Below are positions 39,866 through 48,951 of a DNA stretch of 64,000 nucleotides, in pieces (position 1 is the stretch's first letter; every line of letters begins with the position of its first letter). The DNA comes from a virus: the IMG/VR virus record IMGVR_UViG_3300033388_006651, positions 1-64,000 of that record. One strand, 5' to 3'. A program made the translations under genes and the position numbers. The notes under the pieces were generated by a model. The model did not search any database, was not told where the DNA came from, and was given only the letters and a program-made list of their open reading frames with translations.

Positions 39866-41442
39866 AGAATCTACTTCGTTCCTGCTTCGTCGCGGACCCC
39901 ACGACGGACAAGTCTGAGCTGTTCGCTCACAACTACCACGCGATGGTGGACTCGGGCCTCGGGTTTGACACTCCGGAGGACAACATCCTGTGGACGTTCA
40001 TCCAGGACTTTTTCAAGTCCCATGGTCACGTCCCCGAGCTCCAGACGATGCGGTCCCACTTCGCGACCGTGCAAGACACGGACGCGGTGGACCGTATCGA
40101 ACGTCTGGCGATGCTCAAGTCGAGGATGCGGGGTGACTTCCTCACTTACCTCGAAGAGAAAGCCACCGACCGACGTAACCGGATCGTGATGGACCTCGCC
40201 AAAGAGATGGCGCAGATCGTCACCACCGGCATCGAAGTCAAAGACCTGAAAGGCAATTCGACGAAACTCCTGGGGGCGATCGACGCGATGCGTTACGTCC
40301 TCGATCGGAGCCACGACATTGTGGCACCGACACTGGGGTCCAAGCTCTCCGGCAACTTGATGCAGGATGAGGATGACTTCATCGATCGCTATGACCGCAT
40401 CAAAGCCGACCCTCTCTACGGGGTTGGGCAGCAGTGTGGCATCAGCCAGATCGATGCCGTGCTCAACGGTGCCAAACGGTACGAGCTGTGGTTGCACACG
40501 GCGTACACCGGCGGTTTGAAGTCCACGTTCGCCCTGCACTGGGCCTACATCCAAGCCATCTATTACCGGGCCAGCTCCGTCTACTTCTCGATCGAGATGC
40601 CCTACGTGCAGGTCCGCAACCTGATCATGGCGATGCACTCGGCGCATGAGAAGTTCCGGGAGGTCCGTGAACAGCTCGGCATCACCGGCCTCGGCCTGGA
40701 ATACGACAAGCTCAAGACCTCGACGTTGGCTCCCAACGAGGAGAAATTCCTCAAGGAGTACGTCGTTCCTGATTTCAACAAGAAATCCACGGTGCGGGCG
40801 ACCGGGCCTTCTGCGGTCCAGGCGGAAGACTACGGCGACATCCATATCCGTAACCGGGATCCGGAAAAGCGCACGTTCACCATCGACGATCTGCGCTCCC
40901 AGGCGGAACTGGTTTTCGCCAAGACTCCCTTCTCCCTGATCTTCGTGGACCACGTCGGTCTGATGGATCCGCGTGAGAAGCACGGCGGCACCACGGAGAA
41001 ACTGAACGAGGTGCTGAAAGACCTCAAACAGTTGGCCATGGGGTTCAACCGTGGCATGGGCATCGCGGTGGTCGGGCTGTTCCAGATCAGTCGTGAGGGG
41101 TTCAGGTCCGCTGAGAAGAACGGCGGCCGGTACAATCTCACCCACCTCAGTTACGCGAACGAGGCCGAGCGTTCTTCGGACATCGTCACGGCAACGTGGA
41201 TCGACGACGAGTTGCGCAAACTCAACCGGGCGATTTTCATGTGTCTCAAAACGCGTGACACAAAACCCTTTGATCGCGTGCCTGTGCGGGTAGAATTTGC
41301 TTGTCGCCGGATGCTTACGGACAACACGTCGATCGAAGAGATTGACCAGAAGGTCAAGGACGCCAAGGGCGGCGAGGACGAGGACAAACAGAATTGGAAA
41401 AAGAAGGCGAAACAACCCGTGCCGGATTTGGACTTTGACTGA
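39862..41442 (+). CDS. DnaB-like replicative helicase
   Basis: Walker A-like AYTGGLKS, plus YFSIEM, IFVDHVGLM, FQISRE and ERSSDIV. Confidence 0.85.
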   Translation: MKNLLRSCFVADPTTDKSELFAHNYHAMVDSGLGFDTPEDNILWTFIQDFFKSHGHVPELQTMRSHFATVQDTDAVDRIERLAMLKSRMRGDFLTYLEEKATDRRNRIVMDLAKEMAQIVTTGIEVKDLKGNSTKLLGAIDAMRYVLDRSHDIVAPTLGSKLSGNLMQDEDDFIDRYDRIKADPLYGVGQQCGISQIDAVLNGAKRYELWLHTAYTGGLKSTFALHWAYIQAIYYRASSVYFSIEMPYVQVRNLIMAMHSAHEKFREVREQLGITGLGLEYDKLKTSTLAPNEEKFLKEYVVPDFNKKSTVRATGPSAVQAEDYGDIHIRNRDPEKRTFTIDDLRSQAELVFAKTPFSLIFVDHVGLMDPREKHGGTTEKLNEVLKDLKQLAMGFNRGMGIAVVGLFQISREGFRSAEKNGGRYNLTHLSYANEAERSSDIVTATWIDDELRKLNRAIFMCLKTRDTKPFDRVPVRVEFACRRMLTDNTSIEEIDQKVKDAKGGEDEDKQNWKKKAKQPVPDLDFD

Positions 41443-41453
41443 TGGGTACCCTG

Positions 41454-42251
41454 TCATCCGATGCCCAGCGCTTTCCGGACGGCCTCATTGGGGTCCGTCC
41501 GGAAATCGATTTCCCAGACCTCGACAAGTTCGATGTTTCGGGCTTTCAGCAACGCGCATTTCCGTTCATACCGACAGGCAGTTCGAATCTGGCTCGGGTA
41601 TTCAGGACCATTCGGGTAGATTCTTGGATCTGCGTGCCAAAAAGTCCCGTTCACTTCGACAGCGATGTTTTTGGAGGGCACGAAGAAATCGATAACAGCG
41701 CCGAATGTCCCGTCTGGGTTTCGAATCCTGTGTTGGGGCATGTTGTCGATTCCGAGAGAGTTCAGCATCTTTCCGACTTCTTTCTCCAGATGAGAAACAC
41801 GTGGGACACGGCCTTCAGCGATCGCTTTGGAGGTGGCCAACGAAAGTTTCTGCCTCGTCTCGGCCGACACCGTGTATCGTCCCTCTGCCTTTCTTTGCGC
41901 GTTCATTTTGCGGCGTCGTTCAGAGGACGCTTGTCGCACGTGAAGAGGTACCTCGTACGGTTTGGTCACTACCCTTCCAACGATCCCGCTCCCACGAGCT
42001 TTGTAATGACACGCTCGCGAACAAAGAAAAGCGTCGGTTTTCGAGAGCCGTTCCTGCGAAGGAGTTCTCGTCACTGGGGTTTCACAGACCGCACAAGGCT
42101 TCGTCTCCGAATCGGAGAGGATCTCAGCTCGACGAGCGTACGAACATTTTCTCGAGCACGTGGTCTGACGGCCATGTTTCAACCGAGCAGGATCTGCTTG
42201 GTACGATGTCCCACACACCGGGCAATTCCGGTTAACTAAACGAGAACTCAT
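41454..42251 (-). CDS. Zn-finger plus Vsr/DUF559-like endonuclease (putative homing endonuclease)
   Basis: Two CxxC...CSxxC repeats. C-terminal IDFFVP..NIAVEVNGTFWHADP...VWE. Confidence 0.75.
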   Translation of the reverse strand: MSSRLVNRNCPVCGTSYQADPARLKHGRQTTCSRKCSYARRAEILSDSETKPCAVCETPVTRTPSQERLSKTDAFLCSRACHYKARGSGIVGRVVTKPYEVPLHVRQASSERRRKMNAQRKAEGRYTVSAETRQKLSLATSKAIAEGRVPRVSHLEKEVGKMLNSLGIDNMPQHRIRNPDGTFGAVIDFFVPSKNIAVEVNGTFWHADPRIYPNGPEYPSQIRTACRYERKCALLKARNIELVEVWEIDFRTDPNEAVRKALGIG

Positions 42252-42282
42252 GATGAAAAAGGACCTAGTTCATAGGGTGGTC

Positions 42283-43859
42283 ATGGTTCGTCTCTGGCAC
42301 GGGGACTGTCTCGAACGACTTCGAGATCTGTCTGATGGTGCTGTAGGGACGATCCTTTGTGATCCACCCTATGATTAGCAGACATCGCATTTATGTCAAA
42401 GGACTGGGATGACAACGACGTGCTGCGCAACGACAAGATCTGGCGGGAGTGTCTCCGAGTGCTGCGCCCTGACGGCATCTTCAAAGCGTTCGCGGCCACG
42501 CGGACCTATCACCGGTTGTGCCGCACCATCAAAACTGTAGGGTTCGTCGAGGTTCGGCTCGAGGCATGGCTGTACGGATGTCTCACCGACGATGCTGAAA
42601 TTCTGACTGAGAAAGGATGGGTGCCTGGTGTTGACGTGAAAATCGGAGACAAGGTGATGTGTTGGAGAAGCGATCTCGACGTGGCGGTGCTTATGCCTGT
42701 TGAGGACAAGACGCTTGCCCCTTTTGACGGTGATATGGTGGCTTTCGTTAATGACAACACGGATCAGTTGTTGACGCCCAACCACCGAGTCTACAAAAAA
42801 CATCGGTTCCGTAAACAGGTGGATGGGGTGCGTGTGTCTTCGCGTGAACCGGAGTGGACCGTAATGGAGGCGGCCGAGATTAATCGTTGGCAGCCCGTTC
42901 AACTGCCATTGGCAGCTTTCCACGAAGGACCGGGTTTGCAGAAGGACGAGTGGTATGCCGAACTCCTCGGCTGGGTTTGGACCGAGGGCGGTTTCGACAA
43001 GAACGGCACGGGGGTTCGCCTTTGGCAAAGCAGCGTGAACCCAGATCATGTTGATCTGATCAACACGCTTTTGGAAACCCATGTACCAGAGCATAAACAC
43101 TACGAACGAACTCGGAATTACAAGGGCCGCGACTACGTGGAACACTGCTGGTTTTTTTCCGGCGAACAAGCCCTACGTGTTCGCGGCGATTTGCCCGGTA
43201 AACATCCGACCTACGATTTGCTGTGGCGCATGACCCTTGAGGAGAAGGAAGCCTTTTCTCTCGCAGCCCTCCGCGGGGACGGAAGCAATGAGATCGTACT
43301 GTGGCAGAAGAACGAGGACGACCTTATATGGTACCAAACCCTTCTCCACATGACGGGACGACAGGGGCGGATCAATCTCCGAAAGTGGTGTTGTGGGGTC
43401 CACAACAATCCAACCACGGAGCTACAACAACGGCATCTCACTGCCGTGGACAAAGTTCCGTACAAGGGAAACGTGTGGTGCGTGAAAGTTCCGACCGGGG
43501 CTTTTTTCGCACGCCGCAATGGGCAGGTGTTCATCACAGGCAACTCCGGTTTTCCAAAATCCACGAACATTTCAAAAATGATCGACCGACAAGCCGGGGC
43601 TGAGCGAGAGGTTGTCGGCACCAAGCGTGGTGTCGGGGGCGAGAACATGAACGACATCGTGCACGGCAACGATGTCCGACAGACGACGGACGCTGGTGGC
43701 AAAGGGGTGGGGGCCTACGGCACCGGTGCCAAACAGGTCGCTGTGGATGTGCCGGTCACCATCCCTTTCACGGAGATGGCCAAATTGTGGGAGGGGTATG
43801 GAACTGGGCTTAAACCGGCTTGGGAAGCGGTGGTGTGCGGCCGAAAGAAATCGTCATGA
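42283..43859 (+). CDS. N-terminal (catalytic DPPY) half of a beta-class methyltransferase, with an intein and a 1-nt frame disruption at about 42375
   Basis: 42283-42378 reads MVRLWHGDCL...ILCDPPYD*. The -1 frame continues LADIAFMSKDWD...RVLRPDG...WLYG|SGFPKS...GTGLKPAWE. There is no FxGxG motif. Confidence 0.75.
42579..43544 (+). mobile_element. Intein in the methyltransferase (322 aa)
   Basis: Starts CLTDDAEILT and ends VWCVKVPTGAFFARRNGQVFITGN followed by Ser. Internal LLGWVWTEG motif. Confidence 0.88.
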
Positions 43860-44095
43860 TGAAAGAGGACAATCGGGTGTTCGTTCGTGTTCGTGGAGGT
43901 TGGCGTGTGGTGGACCCCGGTTGTGCTCTTGACGTGATGCCCCCCGACGGGTGGCCAGATCTCTCCTACGCTCTTCGGACGTATTCGGATCTCGTCATCT
44001 GGCGTGGGAGAATCGTCAAAGATCGATGGAACCTTTTCAACCTCACTGAGTTTTTGGCTGAACTCCGTGAACAAGGGATTTCGGTCGAGTCATGA
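43856..44095 (+). CDS. Small hypothetical protein (79 aa) between the methyltransferase halves
   Basis: ATGA overlaps at both ends. Confidence 0.55.
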   Translation: MMKEDNRVFVRVRGGWRVVDPGCALDVMPPDGWPDLSYALRTYSDLVIWRGRIVKDRWNLFNLTEFLAELREQGISVES

Positions 44096-45555
44096 AAATC
44101 GTAACGGTCACTCGGAAGCCGTGCACGTCGTCGAGTACGACGGGCAACGTGGTCGAGCATGACGCTGGTGCGATCAACATCGAGGCGTCGCGCATTGGGT
44201 TCGCGGACGCGCAAGACTTGGCGGTAGTCAAGATGAAAAACCCCAGCAACGGTGGGGCCGAGGCTGCTACCTCAGCCGTGTACGGGGCGAAACGTCCGCA
44301 GGGAAAGGTCACGGAGACAGGGCGTTGGCCTGCGAACCTGATCCTTCAACACAAATCCGGATGCAAACGCGTCGGGACCACGACAGTTCCTGGCTACACC
44401 ATCAACCGCTGGACGGATGGTGCGAAACCGTTTGGAGGGGGCGCCGGACACGAGTACGAGAGTGAAAGGCAGCCGGATGAGGAGGTTCCTGTCTGGGAGT
44501 GCGAGGATGGATGCGCTGTCAGAGGACTCGATGGGAAATATACGCCACCGCCAAAAGCGGGGAACCGTAGAAAATCTCTGAGGGGTACCACTGACGGGGG
44601 GGTTTATGGGGCGTGGGGGCCGGTGAGCCATAACCCCGACTATTTCAAGGATGATAATGGCACCGCGTCTCGCTTCTTCAAACAGGTACAGGGAACGGAC
44701 ATGAACGATCTTTCTCCCGAACTCATCGACTACCTCACCACGATGATCTCACCACCGCCCGAGTGCGAGCCTTTGGTGCTCATCGAACTCAATCTCGATG
44801 ACGTGGCGTGGGAACAGTATGAAGACAGCTCCGTCCACGGCATCATCACCGTCGGCAACCCTGAGCCGCACATGGACGCCATCGATCGTGTCCTGCGACC
44901 CGGTGCCCATCTCCTTGTCATCGCGCCGGATGAGGAGCCCGCAGGGTACCCCGCTGCCTGTGCGATCGAAGACTTCGGCTACGAGATCCGGGACGCCATC
45001 GCATTGCTCGATGAGCCCGGTGGTTTCCACTACGTCGCCAAAGCCAGTTCAGCCGAACGCAACGCTGGCATCCTGCTCCATGAAACGGAGACGGGGCGGA
45101 AGGTCCAGAATGAGCATCCAACAGTTAAGAGTATCGGCGTGATGGAGGCCCTTCTCCATGATGTACCCAAGGGAGCCCTCGTCGTCGATCCTTTCATGGG
45201 ATCCGGGACCACGGGCATCGCCTGTCTTCATACGGGCCACAACTTCATCGGCATCGACCAGGACGAGAACTACCTGCGCATCGCCGACCAACGGATCCGT
45301 CACTGGGACCGCGCCAAGAATGCGTGGAACGGTGCGACGATCGAGTCCGAAGCTGAGTTCGAGGAATCCGAAGAGCCGATGGAGCTCGACGATTTGTTTG
45401 GGTTGGCGGTCGAGGACCCCACCCCTGTTGGAGACTGTCGAGTTTGCGGAGAGCGGGACGAGGAAGAGGAGATCAAAGAGGGCGGCGAACGATTTGAAGT
45501 CTGTTCCCAATGCGCAGCCGATCGACCTCGTGTCCGAGCTTTCCTTGCGAAGTGA
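44092..45555 (+). CDS. Methyltransferase-like protein with the SAM-binding motif but no DPPY
   Basis: Motifs GAINIEASRI, GRWPANL, ASRFF, HPTVK and VVDPFMGSGTTG. The catalytic motif position reads HGIITVGNP. Confidence 0.75.
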   Translation: MKIVTVTRKPCTSSSTTGNVVEHDAGAINIEASRIGFADAQDLAVVKMKNPSNGGAEAATSAVYGAKRPQGKVTETGRWPANLILQHKSGCKRVGTTTVPGYTINRWTDGAKPFGGGAGHEYESERQPDEEVPVWECEDGCAVRGLDGKYTPPPKAGNRRKSLRGTTDGGVYGAWGPVSHNPDYFKDDNGTASRFFKQVQGTDMNDLSPELIDYLTTMISPPPECEPLVLIELNLDDVAWEQYEDSSVHGIITVGNPEPHMDAIDRVLRPGAHLLVIAPDEEPAGYPAACAIEDFGYEIRDAIALLDEPGGFHYVAKASSAERNAGILLHETETGRKVQNEHPTVKSIGVMEALLHDVPKGALVVDPFMGSGTTGIACLHTGHNFIGIDQDENYLRIADQRIRHWDRAKNAWNGATIESEAEFEESEEPMELDDLFGLAVEDPTPVGDCRVCGERDEEEEIKEGGERFEVCSQCAADRPRVRAFLAK

Positions 45556-45558
45556 GCC

Positions 45559-45949
45559 ATGCGCATCGTAACCGTCGCCCGGAAGCCCTGTGAGTCCTCG
45601 AGCACGACCGCGAATGTGGCCGAGCATGAGGCCGGTGCGATCAACGTGGACGCTTGTCGGATAGGGGGACGCTTGTCAGGGGGACGCTTGTCGGATAGGG
45701 GGACGCTGGCCGGCCAACGTGATCGTGGTTGGCTCTGAACCTCAAGAGTTTCTGGATGCCCAGAGTGGTCAGCTCACAAGCGGCACGGGGACCGTGATGC
45801 GGGCTTCGTCGAAGGATAAACAAGGCAACCGGGGAATGGCTTACGGCGCTGAGAGCCGTCCTTACGGCGCTGTGATGGTCAGCTACGGGGACACCGGGGG
45901 AGCCTCCAGGTACTACAAATGCTTCGAGGACGGGGATCAGCCCGAATAG
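45559..45949 (+). pseudogene. Paralogue of the N-terminal module of 44092..45555, frameshifted by a tandem repeat
   Basis: MRIVTVARKPC...GAINVDACRIG continues in another frame as GRWPANV...GGASRYYK. Confidence 0.75.
45648..45706 (+). repeat. Tandem repeat of GGACGCTTGTC(GGAT)AGGG units of 19, 15 and 19 nt
   Basis: Units at 45648-45666, 45667-45681 and 45682-45700, then a partial GGACGC. Confidence 0.9.
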
Positions 45950-46009
45950 CCGTCAACTGGGCTAGTTTCCAGGCTACGTCCGTTTCGTGAAAAGTCGGGT
46001 AAAACCAGC

Positions 46010-46573
46010 GTGAGCCAAACAGAAATGTACGTGGCGGGGCCGAACGGGGACGTGGAGTCCTACGCTGAGTTCAGAAATGCCCATGGAGGAGCGATGGCCG
46101 TGTGGCGCATCCTTTCCGAGAAGTACCTGAACGCGAAGGGCCCCGAGTTCATGATGCTGATGATGCAGGGGTTCAAGCCTCTGTTCGATCTGCACAAGCA
46201 GGGGAAGCTCGAGCCGTGGGAGGCCGTCGTTCTCACGACCACCTACGACAAGGTGTTCATCCCTATCGAACACGTCGCGTCGGTCGCATCCGCTTTCGAG
46301 AAATTCGTCGAGGTACACGGGCCTTCCCAAGAGGGGATGGTGTTCTCGATCCCGGAGCAGGCGAAGAACCTTCGTTTCATGCTGACCGAGGTCGAGGAGA
46401 AAGGCTGGCGGGGTGTCGGCTGGAACCAGAACTCGGTGAGCGAAGCGATCTGGCATGGGGATGGAGACACCCCCTACAACATCGACCGCGACACCAAACA
46501 CTGGGTCTGGCCCGAGAACAAAGCTGACCAGGAGGACGCGGAAGGCTCTTCGCGCGCTCCACGCGACGAGTAG
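46010..46573 (+). CDS. Hypothetical protein (187 aa)
   Basis: Phage-like codon usage. Follows a TTTCGTGAAAAG element. Confidence 0.65.
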   Translation: MSQTEMYVAGPNGDVESYAEFRNAHGGAMAVWRILSEKYLNAKGPEFMMLMMQGFKPLFDLHKQGKLEPWEAVVLTTTYDKVFIPIEHVASVASAFEKFVEVHGPSQEGMVFSIPEQAKNLRFMLTEVEEKGWRGVGWNQNSVSEAIWHGDGDTPYNIDRDTKHWVWPENKADQEDAEGSSRAPRDE

Positions 46574-46607
46574 AGTGGTCTCTGAGCCTTCTTTTCACGA
46601 TTTGAGC

Positions 46608-46648
46608 CGAAATCGTGTGTAAAAAGGTCGAAAGGTCCGTGCACAAAG
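46608..46648 (+). promoter_or_regulatory. Putative phage promoter CGAAATC.TGTGTAAAAAG-N9-TCCGTGCACAAAG (copy 2)
   Basis: Matches 21318-21359 (-). Ends 1 nt before the ligase ATG. Confidence 0.6.
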
Positions 46649-46649
46649 T

Positions 46650-48674
46650 ATGAGTAACCGCAAACAGCAGGAATTGGTCGAACGTATTGAGGAGATCGTC
46701 GCTGAGCTTAGGCCCGCGCGTTACGCCTATTACAACGACGATCCGATCATGTCGGACGCCGAGTACGACCTTCTCGAAGATGAGCTTCGGGAGGGCATGG
46801 ACGCGCTTCGGAAGATCGTCGAGAAGAAGACGTTTCTCGACTTGGTCAAGGATGTCGTGGTTTTCCTCAAGGGCGTCGGAGCCAAAGCGGCCAAGAAGAC
46901 CAAGTGGAAGACGGTCAAGCACAGCGCCCCGATGGGTTCGCTGATGAAGGTCAAGACCTCCGACGAATTCATCAAGTGGTACGCGGCTCTTACTCAAAAG
47001 ATCGCGAAGGCGAAGAGCGACGGTGACATCGACAAGGCTTCGTCCGAGCAGGTCGGCAGCGAGAAGCTGGACGGCATCTCCCTGAGCCTCAAGTACGTCA
47101 AGGGCAAGTTCGTCCAGGGCGTCACCCGTGGTGACGGCGAGGAGGGCGAGGACATCTCCCGCAACGTGCGTTTGATGAAGGGGTTCCAGGACAACGTGCG
47201 CGATCTGACCGGCATGGTCCGTGCGGAGATCATCCTCAAGAAGTCCGACCACAAGAAGTACCTCTCCGAATACAAGAACCCGCGCAACGCGGCCAGCGGT
47301 ATCGCCAAGCGCGAGTCAGATCCAGAGCCCTGCAAGCACCTCACGATCATCTGCTATCAGATCATCAGTGAAGAGCACGACATCACTTCCAAGTCGATGG
47401 AGTTCAAGATGCTCAAGGCGCTTGGGTTCCTCACCCCGAACTGGAAGATCTGCAAGACCCAGGACGCCGTGCTCAAGATGTACCAGGACTACATCGACGG
47501 GAAGCGCGAGAAGTTGGACTACGAGATCGACGGGTTGGTGTACGAGTGCAACATCCTCGCCATCATGGAGCACTTGGGCGAGCACGATGGCCGTCCCAAG
47601 GGCGCCCGTGCGTTCAAGTTCCCCCACGAGGAGCAGCCGACCCGGCTCCGCAAGATCGTGTGGCAGGTGGGCAAATCTGGCCGCGTGACGCCCGTCGCTT
47701 ACTTCGAGACTGTGGACCTCGTTGGAGCCAGCGTGAGCCAGGCGACGTTGCACAACATCAGCAACATCCACCGGCTCGCCGCCAAGTCTCCGCAGACTCT
47801 CATGGGGCTCGGCGATACCATTTTGGTGTCCCGTCGGGGCGACGTGATCCCCCAAGTCGAGAAGGTGATCAAGGCATCGAAGAATGCCCGCTACCTCGTG
47901 CCCACCGAGTGTCCTTCGTGTGACACGAAACTCAAGATGAAAGGCGAGTACCTCATGTGCGGCAACGGGGCTCGGTGCCCGGCGCAGCAGAGCGGCTCCA
48001 TCAAGCGTTGGGTCGAGAAGCTCGACATCAAGGACTGGGGCGGGACGCTCATCGAGGCCCTGTGCGAGAACGGGATGGTCGTCACCATCGCCGACCTCTA
48101 CGGGCTCGACGAGGACGCGCTGGCTGCGGTGACGCTCTCCGGCAAGAGGGTCGGCAAGAGCACGGCCAAGAAGGTCATGAAGAACCTGCGGGCCAAGATG
48201 GAATTGCCCATTGGGGACTTCGTCGGCTCCCTGGGCATCGACCTGTGGGGACGTTCCATGGTCAAGCTCCTGGCGGCAGCCGGCATCGACACCATCGAGA
48301 AGATGGAAGATGCCGCCGTTGGGGACATCGCTCGCATCCCGCGTGTCGGTGAGACCAAGGCCGTCGCGTTCGTCAACGGCTTCGGTCGGCGCAAGAAACT
48401 GATCGATGACCTCCTGGCTGCTGGCGTCACCGTCAAAGCGCCCATCGTCGGCGGCAAATTGTCCGGGGTGTCCTTCTGCTTCACCGGAGTGCGCGACAAG
48501 CCGCTCATGGTGGACCTCGAGAACGCTGGCGCCACGGTGAAGGGGAGCGTTGGGAGCGGCCTGACCTACCTTGTGGTAAAGTCCAAGACCTCCTCTTCGG
48601 CCAAAATGAAGAAGGCCAAGGCGCAAGGGACTTCGATCGTGACCCTTGATGAGGCAAAGGCTCTTCTCCGATGA
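46650..48674 (+). CDS. ligA: NAD-dependent DNA ligase
   Basis: YY...P.MSDAEYD, H..PMGSL, EKLDG, TRGDG, NPRNAASG, EIDGLV, ATLHN, RRGDVIP, a C4 Zn finger, HhH repeats and a C-terminal BRCT domain. Confidence 0.95.
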   Translation: MSNRKQQELVERIEEIVAELRPARYAYYNDDPIMSDAEYDLLEDELREGMDALRKIVEKKTFLDLVKDVVVFLKGVGAKAAKKTKWKTVKHSAPMGSLMKVKTSDEFIKWYAALTQKIAKAKSDGDIDKASSEQVGSEKLDGISLSLKYVKGKFVQGVTRGDGEEGEDISRNVRLMKGFQDNVRDLTGMVRAEIILKKSDHKKYLSEYKNPRNAASGIAKRESDPEPCKHLTIICYQIISEEHDITSKSMEFKMLKALGFLTPNWKICKTQDAVLKMYQDYIDGKREKLDYEIDGLVYECNILAIMEHLGEHDGRPKGARAFKFPHEEQPTRLRKIVWQVGKSGRVTPVAYFETVDLVGASVSQATLHNISNIHRLAAKSPQTLMGLGDTILVSRRGDVIPQVEKVIKASKNARYLVPTECPSCDTKLKMKGEYLMCGNGARCPAQQSGSIKRWVEKLDIKDWGGTLIEALCENGMVVTIADLYGLDEDALAAVTLSGKRVGKSTAKKVMKNLRAKMELPIGDFVGSLGIDLWGRSMVKLLAAAGIDTIEKMEDAAVGDIARIPRVGETKAVAFVNGFGRRKKLIDDLLAAGVTVKAPIVGGKLSGVSFCFTGVRDKPLMVDLENAGATVKGSVGSGLTYLVVKSKTSSSAKMKKAKAQGTSIVTLDEAKALLR

Positions 48675-48675
48675 A

Positions 48676-48942
48676 ATGTCCGATTTGCTACCCATGCGTC
48701 GTGACGAGGGGCGTCCGGGTCTCTACCGTGACTCCGAGAACGGCAAACTCGGCGGGGTGTGTTCTGGCGTCGCCCGTTGGACGGGCGTCCCTTCTGTGGT
48801 CTGGCGCCTCATATTCGCAGCAATGTTCTTCGGGTGGGGTACTGGGCTCGTGTTGTACGTGCTCCTGTGGTTCCTCATGGACGATCCCCCGAAGCCGACG
48901 CAGCCAGCGCTCCGCAGTTCAACCGTCGAAGCTCTGTATTGA
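48676..48942 (+). CDS. PspC-domain membrane protein
   Basis: LYRDSENGKLGGVCSGVARWTG...WRL...LYVLLWFLM. Confidence 0.85.
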   Translation: MSDLLPMRRDEGRPGLYRDSENGKLGGVCSGVARWTGVPSVVWRLIFAAMFFGWGTGLVLYVLLWFLMDDPPKPTQPALRSSTVEALY

Positions 48943-48951
48943 GGTGAACCT

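Noticed and set aside
41442-42239. 265-aa plus-strand ORF after the DnaB-like gene
   Set aside because: It is antisense to the motif-bearing endonuclease gene 41454..42251 and has no recognisable features.
39623-45706. Tandem repeats at 39623 and 45648 as CRISPR-like arrays
   Set aside because: The units are short and contiguous, have no unique spacers and lie within coding sequence. No cas genes are present.
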